A stretch of DNA of 41,685 nucleotides from Chrysochromulina tobinii. Lineage: Eukaryota. A model generated the notes under the pieces. That model saw only the letters and a list, made by a program, of their open reading frames with translations, did not search any database and had not been told where the DNA came from. This document shows, one piece after another, positions 13,401 to 21,892 of the stretch. The stretch covers positions 1 to 41,685 of the forward strand of contig JWZX01003080.1 of NCBI GenBank assembly GCA_001275005.1, read 5' to 3'. Within the stretch, counting starts at the first letter, position 1; the number at the start of each line of letters is the position of its first letter. The translations under genes were made by a program, and so were the position numbers.

Positions 13401-14949
13401 TGACGGACGAGTGCTGTGGGAGGTGCTGCGGGCGGGTGAGCTGCTCTACTCGGAGCCACTGCCCGTCTCCGAGCGTGACGCCCTCATCCGTGAGGAATGG
13501 CGTCGGCTGTGGCTCCGGCTCGACGAGCGAGGGATGCATCTCCAATTCGGGAACAGCACCCTCGTCGCGGCCGCCGACTCAGGCACCTCCACCTCGCCGC
13601 ACGGCCTCGCTCTGCACCCTAAGCACCTGCGAGCTGCACCTCACTGGACCTTTGCGTGGGGCGCATGCAGCGTCGCGCCCGAGCAACCCGAGCCCGGCGC
13701 ATGGCTCCTGGCGAATGTGACCATGCGGGCGGGTGCCCGGCTGCGCTACTCGGACGAGCAGCTACGCGTCTCGCTCAACGGCCAGCAGTTCCTCGCATGG
13801 ACGAACCTCACCTTCCGCTACTACGCGGCACCTCGACCCCTCGAGATCACGCCGAGCAGCGCGCCACGCGCGGGCGGCACACTGCTGACGATTCGCGGCG
13901 AGGGGCTCGCGGAGGCGAGTGCTTTCGAATGCGAGTTCGCGGATGGCGGCACCGCCGACGAGCGCTTGCGTACGGCTGCCGAGCTGCTCGCGACGAGCAC
14001 GATCAACAACAACAACAGCACCGACGGCGCGGGCGGCGCGGGCACGCTGCGCTGCCCGACGCCCACAGTGCTGCCGCGGCTCGGTGAGTGGAGCCTCGGC
14101 ATCCGTGTGGATCGAGCGGGTCAGAACTATGGCTCGCATGAGGACGTGGCAGCCGTACCGGCGCCGCTTTGGGTGTACCCTTCGCTGTCTGCCGACGCCA
14201 CGTACGCGCCAGCGTCTGGCCCCGGCGCCGGAGGCACGCTTGTACGCATCGAGCTGCCGCGGTACAACACGTCCGCCATCGCGTTTGCCAACAATGCGAG
14301 TGATGCCGGCCCACTGCTTGAGACGGTAGCAGGGCTTTGGCCACGCCACGGCGCCAAGTGCCGCTTCGGTGCCGCATACCACGACGGCGCGTACGGCCCA
14401 ACAATCGTAGACGCGTCGCATGATCCGGCAGGCGCCCCGGGCGAGGCTATGCTGTGCGCCTCGCCCGCGCTGCCCGGTGGTGAAGCGCCGCTGCAGCTCG
14501 CGCTCAACGGGCACGACTTCGAGCCAGGGCCCGCGTTGCCATTTAGCGTCTACGGCCGTCCGCGTCTTGTGGACTCCGTGCCCGCGGGTGCTACACCCGG
14601 CACATCGATCATCCTCGTCGGTGAGAACCTCGGGGGCGACGGGCTGCCCGGCGTCAACCACACGTGCCGCTTCGGGACGCGCGTGGTGCTCGGGCAACTT
14701 CTGGTGGAGCCCCGCGTAGTGGGCAACCAATGGCGCACGAACACGGTGCGCTGTGTCGTGCCGGAGATGCCCCTGGCGAGCTCGACTGCGGCTGGCCAGT
14801 ACGTGCGTAGCGTGCCGCTACGCATCAGCCTGAATGGGCAGCAGTACTCGCCCGAGCCGGTGCGCTTCTCCTTCCCGTGGCTGCCAGCGAGGCCCGTGGC
14901 GAATGACGCGCTCCCCACAGCCGGTCACTGGGTGAGCGGTGACCACTAG
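1457..14949 (+). CDS. Giant secreted FN3 + IPT/TIG-repeat protein with inserted lectin-like and discoidin-like domains; exons 1457-9928 and 10045-14949, ~4,460 aa
   Basis: Hydrophobic signal-like segment (AYMALLACLLVERVFA), FN3 (PDQPAPP..SLSVSW..DGGSPV..YRFMIAARNAVG), about 19 IPT-type repeats (P..GP..GGT.v.i.G / C.FG...vpA / C.sP / v.vSlNGQ.f). ORFs 1436..9946 and 10006..14949 join in frame across a phase-0 GT-AG intron to give CVFNQTMQ|TPATF..LSCSS, completing one IPT repeat. Confidence 0.85.
8135..8220 (+). repeat. 15-bp coding tandem repeat encoding (NATGS)n N-glycosylation sequons
   Basis: aatgctaccggcagc x4, then one degenerate unit and a further aatgctaccgg; each intact unit gives an N-A-T sequon. 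Confidence 0.9.
9929..10044 (+). other. Spliceosomal intron (116 bp, phase 0) containing a 10-bp minisatellite
   Basis: cag|GTgcgt donor, ccttgcAG|acg acceptor, in-frame stops inside, gccactgagc/t repeats and a ctaat branch-like motif; removal restores the frame. Confidence 0.9.
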
Positions 14950-15014
14950 TGCAACCCTAGTGCAACATAGTACTCAGTAGCGCGTAGCGTAGTGCAATAT
15001 AGTGCAACACTCTA

Positions 15015-15276
15015 GCGAGGGGGATCCCACAAATTCGGGCGAGATCCGAGCGAATACGGGTCGGCACCCGCCCTTCTCCCACGTCGGTGCGCTATACCAG
15101 GCCGTCGCACGGCCGCACAACCCCACCCACCCGGCCCACGAAACCGCTCGGATCTCGACCGAATGTCGCGAGATCCAGGCCCTCCCGAGCCACCGCGAGG
15201 GGGATCCCACAAATTCGGGCAAGATCCGAGCGAAGACGGGTCGGCACCCGCCCTTCTCCCACGTCGGTGCGCTATA
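15015..15276. repeat. Pair of 82-bp direct repeats (period 180 bp) with an internal inverted copy of 20 bp
   Basis: 15015-15096 and 15195-15276 differ at 2 positions; spacer 15145-15164 is the reverse complement of 15033-15052 (19/20). Confidence 0.9.
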
Positions 15277-15579
15277 TGATTTTCACTAGTCTGTGGTGCG
15301 TCTGTGGTCGTTCGGCTGTACTTATCAGAACGGGCGAGCTCAGCCGGGGCGGCGCAGGCGGAGCGGCTGCGAAGCGAAGGCCATTCTGGAGTCTTTCATG
15401 TCGCTAACCCTAGCCCGCAGTGAGTGAGTTTTATCTGAACAAGTAGTATAGCTAACCGACAAAAATGAAGGGACCCCCATCCCCCTAGAGCCTAGTGTGC
15501 GGTCGTGGGGGAATGAAAGTTGGTGCCCAGGCAACACAAACATGAGGAAGCCACCAGATGAGGAAATCGTTGGCAACAC

Positions 15580-17120
15580 TCAGGGATATGGGTAGCCCTC
15601 GTACCCTATCATCCCGAGGTAGCCATTTTTGTCTGGCACTTCTCCTTCTTGCGCTTCTGATTCAAACTTCCTTTCGGTGATATCTTCCGTCGAGAACGTC
15701 GAAAATGCCAGCATGTTCTCGGACCTGACGATTGTGCCATCCTCCTGCTCCTCCTCAGAAATCATGTACCCAAGCACACCGTATCCCATATCAAGTGGCA
15801 TCTCTGGTGAAAGCACATCGTACCTGCCGTTCGAGATGGTTCAGATTGCAACAGATGTAACGATCGTGCATGATGCAAATGGGGATGCAAATGGGGAGTA
15901 GACTAGTGCACGTGAGTTCGATGGTGCAACTGATGCGCTTACCCGGTATATACGGTTTCTTGCATCGGAGTGGATTTGAAAGGCAAGAAACCCTTTGCCA
16001 CTGCTTCAGCTTCGGGCATCTCCTTGTCAACATAGTACTCGGCAATTGGATCTCCTTCAATCGTCGGAGGTTCAGTGGTGGACATCTTTCCAATACGCCA
16101 GATCATGTTGCCCTGCATGTTGCGCAAGCGGAACACAGCTTTTGTGACGTGTTGCCCTGAGAGTGCCTCGGTGCGGCTGATGGCCGTCTCGGGTGCTGCA
16201 GTCCCCGAGGTCGATGCCCCGGGCGTAACCTTGGCAGCAGACTTTGCCGGGCGCGGAGGCGACAAGCGCTCGACAAACGTTTGGACGTCCACCTGCACCT
16301 TGCGCGCCATCGTAGCTGCGGCCCGGGCTGCGGCTCGCGCCTGCTCTGCCTCGCTTTTGGTGGGCGAGTCCGCGCCCTCTGCCGCATTAAGCTTCGCCCG
16401 CAAGCTCAACAGATCGCTCGCCTCGTTCAGGTCGAGGTCACCATTGCCGTCGGCATCGAGGCGAGCGATGATTTCCGCCGCCTCCTCGATGGTGTCCAAG
16501 CCGAGGATCACCTGAAGCTCGGTAGCGTTGATCTTGCCGTCGCCTCCAGCAGCGTGCCGGAAGCTCTGCGTCTCCCGCAGCTCCTGCTGCACGCGTCGGG
16601 CACGCGCCGCAGCGGCGCGGTAGGGGTCGGGTGTCTCCACCTCAGGCCGTCGCGCGAGGTCCTTCTGGGTCAGCTGCCCATCTCCGTCCTGGTCCAGCCA
16701 CTTTGGCAGCGCCACTTTGCTCTGCTTGCCACTTTGGTGTCTTGTAGATGACGAGGAGCTGAGAGCGGGATGTTTGGTGAACGGTGCTCGCTGCGGTGAA
16801 TAGGCTCCCGACTGATCAGCCTGTTGGATGCCACGGCCGGTCGTGGCGAGCGCGACCTGACCGGACGCCTTGAGCGGAGACGCTGAGAGTGACTTGGCGC
16901 GCTGGGGTGACTGATTTGGCAGGCTTGATCGAGCACGCTGGGGTGATGCCGACGTCGATTGAGACGATGTGCTTGCAAGGGAAGCTGCGATCTCCTGGTC
17001 CGCCTTGTCCGGCGCCTCTGTGAAGAAGGCGGCTCGTCCATAGTCGTTGAACCAACTTTCCTGCGCAGTGGCCACCACAAAGGAGCTGAAGGGCTTGCCC
17101 TGATGCTGAGCCCCCGCCAT
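15580..17120 (-). CDS. EF-hand calcium-binding protein with unrecognised acidic C-terminal domain; exons 17120-15943 and 15823-15580, ~473 aa
   Basis: EF-hand loops DQDGDGQLTQKD, degenerate GDGKINATE and DADGNGDLDLNE; ORF 15939..17120 joins ORF 15580..15816 through a GTAAG..GGCAG intron giving ETVYTG-YDVLSPEMP. Confidence 0.8.
15824..15942 (-). other. Spliceosomal intron (119 bp, phase 2)
   Basis: gg|GTaagc donor, cggcAG|gtac acceptor; restores the reading frame into the downstream ORF. Confidence 0.8.
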
Positions 17121-17279
17121 GGGAAAACGCGCTCCTCGTGAACAAAATCAACGTGAATGGTGCAATTCAAGTCGCGCGTTTATGGAATTGATATTGAGGA
17201 CCATTGTGTGTTGGCGCTGTATCGGCAAGGTCCCGGAGATTTTCCGCAATCTCGACGAAGCTCCGAGAAGTTCATCGAC

Positions 17280-17645
17280 ATGCCGCCGAAGAAGACCATC
17301 GATAAGAAGGCCAAGAAGTCGCCCTCGAAGGCGGTGGAGAAGGCGCCTATCCTTTCCAATGGTGAGGCCTCGTCGGCTGATGGTGGCTGCGTGGTCAAGA
17401 TTGAGGCGTGCAAGAGCTGAGGCGCGTTTAAGACGAGGGCCTCCAAACTTGAGGCTCTCGTGAAGGCAGGCTTCCCTGGAGCCACGGTGAAGATCAACGA
17501 GGAGAAGCCTCGCACAGGCTGCTTCGAGGTTTCCGTCAACGGCGCCACCATCCTTTCGCTCACCGACATGCCCCGCCCATTCACCAAGCTTAAGGCACTT
17601 GTTATGGAAGACGTGGCAAAGAGTGTCATCCTGGCATGCCACTAG
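17280..17645 (+). CDS. SELENOH: Selenoprotein H-like (Rdx/thioredoxin-like fold), 121 aa, UGA at 17418-17420 read as Sec47
   Basis: ORFs 17157..17420 and 17460..17645 are one frame interrupted by TGA: VKIEACKS-U-GAFKTRA...INEEKPRTGCFEVSV...PRPFTKLK. CxxU motif, KPRxGxFEV motif and basic N-terminus match SelH; a SECIS follows the stop. Confidence 0.93.
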
Positions 17646-17676
17646 ACGTCGTCTTGTCAACAGCTTTTCCCTAGCC

Positions 17677-17768
17677 CCTCGCACGGCCAGGGCTATGACG
17701 AGCGCGTGCCAATCTCGCGCGAGCGAGTGCATCGCGTTCTGAGACCCTTCTCCCTGAGCCGTGCGAGG
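17677..17768 (+). promoter_or_regulatory. Eukaryotic SECIS element, type II
   Basis: Helix I cctcgcacggc (17677-17687) / gccgtgcgagg (17758-17768) is perfectly complementary; core ATGAC (17695-17699) with TGAG (17740-17743); helix II gagcgcg-tgc / gca-t-cgcgttc; unpaired AA at 17711-17712, 11 nt after the core; mini-stem ctcgc-GCGA-gcgag. Confidence 0.92.
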
Positions 17769-18273
17769 ATGTACAGGAAAGGCATCAAGAGTGGATGTTA
17801 TGCGTCGCGCGGCGGCAGGCTCCTTATCAAAAGATGTGGAGGCTGTCTAGCGAAAGGTGAGAGCGATGCTCCCACACGGCATCTTCAAGGAGATGTGCTG
17901 GCATACTCGAAGTAGTTAGTCGTCGTGCAGGCCGTGCGTGTTGGGGACCGCCGTTCTGCGAGAGGCGGGCAGGGCGTCAGAGGTAGACGCGCGGCGATCC
18001 TGTGAAAGGCTTTGCCCGGCGCATGAAGTATAATTAAGTTTGACAGCACAATAAGCAAGCAAGCAATACAGTACCGACAGTAATGTCAATGAAGGGACCC
18101 AGCTCCTTTGACGCGCGCGCCGTCCCAAGCGACTCACACACGACACGACACAGGCGTGCATACACAGTGACACTTTTGTTTCGTGTCGAGAACTCAGATC
18201 CTCACACGGTCTCCATTCATTCTCAGCCCTCAACACCGCTTTCACCCATGCTTTCACCGCTCACGAGATCGTC

Positions 18274-18648
18274 TTAGTTATCCTTGAGGTATCGTTGCAG
18301 AGCCTCGCGGTTCTGGATCGTGAACGTGCGTAGCTCCGCAGTGATGCCCTTGGCTGCGAGCTCCGCCTTGGGCTTGGCGAGGAGTTTCTTCAATGCGCAA
18401 TTGATCGCGTTGAAGTGGACCTTGCCGTTATGCGGGTCTCCGCGCTCGAGCCAGGATGTCACGCCGTGATCCAACGTGGCGAACGTCAGTCAGTCCCAGT
18501 TGGTGCTCGAAGCAATAGGCGAGCCCGGCATCGAGACGCTGCTGCCTGCCTTGTCCTCGACGAGCGTGTTCATGCCGCCGACAGGCTTATCGTGCGGTTC
18601 CTTGGAGAATTTGCGCATCGTGGACTGACCTGGGGTTGTGGCGGGCAT
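18274..18648 (-). pseudogene. Possible interrupted coding relic of unknown family (single in-frame TGA at 18492-18490)
   Basis: ORFs 18490..18723 and 18274..18474 share one frame separated only by TGA; codons look GC3-rich and the C-terminus looks helical (NAINCALKKLLAKPKAEL...). No family recognised. Confidence 0.3.
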
Positions 18649-18792
18649 CTGGCCAGATGCCAGTCTCCCCTTATGACAAGATGCTGATCTCCGCTCATCT
18701 CCACGGATCTCGTCGAGCGTCAAGGGCGAGACGTCGGGGGAGAGACGAGCGTCGAGGGAGCGTCGAGGGAGAGCGTCGAGGGAAAGAGAGCG

Positions 18793-21340
18793 TCAAGGGA
18801 GAGACATCGAGGGCATGGGCGACGCCGTGCTCCACTCTCCGCTGGTGGGCGGGCCAGGGCTCGGCAGCCTCGAATCGCTCGACGAGCCGTTGCTGCTGCC
18901 CGACGAGAAGTGTGAATGCTGGCAGCCGATGACCAAGGCGCTCTGTACGAGCAGCTTGGAGCTGCTGAGCAGCGCCTTGAATGTCTGCGGGTAGACGGGC
19001 TTCGAGATGCACCCGTCGAAGCCCGCCCGCATGTACGCGGCCGAGTCGGTCGAGGTGGCGTTCCCGGTGCACGCGTAGATGCGCAGGCGCCGCTTGCCCG
19101 GCCGCTCCGCGAGCTCCCACTGCCGGTACAGCACGATCAGCTCGTCGCCCCTCATCTTGGGCATCTGGATGTCGACCAGAGCGAGGTCGAGTTCATCCGC
19201 GTTCTGCTTGAGCATCTCGAGGCCGCTCTCGCCGTCGTTCTCGAGCAGGACCCGGTGGCCCTGGTTCTCGAGCACATCGGCGGCACCGAGCCGAATCATC
19301 TCGACGTCATCGATGATCGCGATGGTCTTGCAGCTCTTCTTGAGCTTCTCCCTTTCGCGCGTCTCCTTCTCCTTCTCTTGCGAGATGCCCTCGAGCAACG
19401 GGTCTTCCCGCGTGAATGCCATCTCAATCGAGCAGCGTGTACCCTCGCCTGCACGTGAGTTAATCTGGAACGAACCTCCGACGCTCTCGATCGACGAGAT
19501 CACAATCGGCAGCCCGAGGCCCAAGCCCGACGCTCGGTTATCGCGCCCTTCGCGAACGCCACTCACGTACGCCTGGCGCGCGCGCTCGATCTCATCCTTG
19601 GTCATCCCGTAGCCCGTGTCGACAACCTGGGCGAGCCTCCCGAAAGGCCATCACACGAAATCAGGTGCAATCCGAGGCCATGCTCCGAGGCAATCAGTGG
19701 CCATCAGTGGCACTCACCTCGACCCTCACACGCACGTCGGTCGCGCTCAGCCCGGACAGCAGGCAGGTGTGGACCGTGACATGCCCCCCGTCTGTGAACT
19801 TGAGGGAGTTGGAGATCAAGTTGAGCAGCGCACGCACCAGGATCGAGCGCTGCCCCCATACCTTGGCGGGGATCATGTCGTCACAAACCGTCCGTAGCGC
19901 GACGGACGGTTTGTACAAGGATGACTTGCGTAGCATCTGCATGAGCTCACCGACAGTCTCGTTGATGTTCAACTCGACGGATGCCTCCGCCGTGGCCGCA
20001 GCCTGCCCCGACACGCTGCCCTGCAACTTCTCGAAGTCCCAGATGTTGGAGACGATGCACGTGATCAGCTCTGCGCAGGCGCCCACCTCTTCCTGCTTGT
20101 GCAGCACCACCTCCAGGCGCCCGGCACAGCGCGTCTTCTGCGCGAGCTCGACAACGACCGTCGTGCGTGGCGTCATAGCGGCTACGCTCTCATCATCCTT
20201 TGAAGACGAGGCCGCCGCGGCCGCCTGCTCGTCCGCAATGAGCTCCTGGGTAATCTGGCGTGCCTTGAGATTCGAAAAGATGAGTGCTTGCATCGGTGTA
20301 CGCAGGTCGTGCCCAATGCACTGGGTGAACAGTTTGAATCCGGCGACGGCCGAGTGGCTTGCCTGTAGCAGGCTTGCCTGCTCTGTCCGCTCCTTCCAAT
20401 TGCTACTCGCCATGTTGCCATGCATGTATACAATGGTGGCGCTCGCTTTCGCGATCACATCCGCCCAGGTCAGCAGAAGTTGCTCTTGATTCGGGCTGAG
20501 CCACTTGAATGCGCTGGCGAACGAAATGAGGGGGAAGATGCACCATGTCCCACAGACCAGCCCGGGGAGGATCTTCATCAACAACATCCGATTGAGCGCC
20601 GTCGCGCCACTCTGCTCCGGGATGTGCAAGAAGAGCGGTAGCGTTTGGTGCATGTACATGAGCACGCGCACCATAAACGTGAAGGAGAGCACGAGCGTCG
20701 CTCCGCTAAAGACCAAACCGGCTGTCGGAGGGAGGAATGCAGGCGGCGGGGCTGTGCAGAGAAAGCCGAAGATGAACAGGATGTACACGTCGAACACGCG
20801 GCTGAGAGCCGAGTCAATCCCGTAGTCCTTGATACTCGGCGACGAGACGAGGCAAAGCACCTGCGCCATCGACGAGTGCACCCAGAGGTTGACGCGCGCG
20901 GGCCAGAAGAAGGAGCCGTAGCTGGTGCACCAGGTGGGCAGGCCGGCGCCAAATCCAAGGAACATCTGGCTGTACGTCCAGATGACCATGCTGATCATCA
21001 CGCCCATGTACACGAGGTTGAGAGAGCGATGTTTGTTCTCAAACGCCAGGTTGCTGATCGCCGTCACGAACATTGTGCAGAAGGACGCGATGACCACCAG
21101 ATAGACCTGGCCGCGAGACTCGTCACCAGCGTGCACGAAGCACTCGGGCTCGGCCTCAAAGTGCTGGATGCATTGATCGAGCACCAGAAAGGAACTGATC
21201 AGCATCACTGGTCCCGTCGGCCCGCCCGTGATGGCATCCTGCAACTTCTTGTCGTGGTGTACGTGCCGGATGATGCTGAATAGCAAAACGCCAATCATGC
21301 ACACCCAGGTAGCGGCAATGCCCATCGCCATCTCGCTCAT
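18793..21340 (-). CDS. Histidine kinase rhodopsin (microbial rhodopsin - HisKA - HATPase_c - receiver); exons 21340-19718 and 19626-18793, ~818 aa
   Basis: Rhodopsin helices: C WPARVNLWVHSS, D DVYILFIFGFL, F TWCIFPL, G WADVIAK (retinal Lys codon 20449-20447). H box IGHDLRTP, N box LLNLISNSLKFT, G1 VVDTGYGM (formed across the intron), G2 GLGLGL; receiver IIDD..LVDIQMP..ACTG..ISKP. Confidence 0.9.
19627..19717 (-). other. Spliceosomal intron (91 bp, phase 0)
   Basis: gag|GTgagt donor, gcccAG|gtt acceptor; splicing gives VRVRVE|VVDTGYG, the canonical G1 box; contains gccactgat repeats. Confidence 0.92.
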
Positions 21341-21432
21341 GCTCACGTCGGGCGGGTCAGGTCTGGGGAATTCTGGGGTCTTTCCGAGAAATCACCGCGA
21401 CAAACTCCCAAAGGAACGCGAAACTATTAGTA

Positions 21433-21703
21433 TCCTCAATTTACGATCTCGGACCTCCTCCGGTCGCACTCGCCCCACTTCACGCGCTTCCCCACTCTCC
21501 CAAGTGCCGAAATGCCGAGCGACCGGGGGAAAATGTAATTGACCAAAAAATGGGAGCGCTGCAGAGTGCCGGATTTGCTCTGGACGGCTCCCATGGGGCA
21601 GCTAGATACACACGACACTAAGTCCTCAATTTACGATCTCGGACCTCCTCCGGTCGCACTCGCCCCACTTCACGCGCTTCCCCACTCTCCCAAGTGCCGA
21701 AAT
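21433..21703. repeat. Pair of identical 81-bp direct repeats (period 190 bp) upstream of the HKR gene
   Basis: 21433-21513 equals 21623-21703; the spacer holds a partial inverted copy (21519-21530 vs 21456-21467) and a hairpin (atgggagc 21550-21557 / gctcccat 21587-21594). Confidence 0.9.
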
Positions 21704-21731
21704 TATTTGAACAGAGCACGAGCTATGGAAA

Positions 21732-21771
21732 CATTGCGAGTCGGTTGTAATCATTGCGAGTCGGTTGTAAT
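21732..21771. repeat. 20-bp tandem duplication
   Basis: cattgcgagtcggttgtaat occurs twice in tandem. Confidence 0.85.
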
Positions 21772-21892
21772 AGCATTGTAGCACAAGCCGGTGCCTAGTC
21801 AGACGCGTATGCAGCACGCAGCATGGACGGCAGTGGAGAATTTCAAGCTCAGTCGACAGTCCGGTGCAAACCAGCGGAATGCGAGATCGCGC

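Noticed and set aside
14948..15010. Short tagtgcaa repeats after the giant gene stop
   Set aside because: Degenerate low-complexity 3'UTR sequence with no further structure.
15403..15413. ctaaccctag telomere-like motif
   Set aside because: Fewer than two units; expected by chance.
17157..17279. Upstream in-frame ATG extending SelH by 41 aa
   Set aside because: Lies in the AT-richer divergent promoter only ~36 bp from the neighbouring start; MPPKK at 17280 matches typical SelH N-termini.
18490..18492. Second in-frame TGA as selenocysteine
   Set aside because: No redox motif (NWD*LTF) and no SECIS-like structure found downstream on the minus strand.
15015..21703. Direct-repeat pairs as CRISPR arrays or LTR/TRIM elements
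   Set aside because: Only two ~81-bp copies each, no cas genes, eukaryotic context; no TG..CA ends, primer-binding site or target-site duplication recognised.
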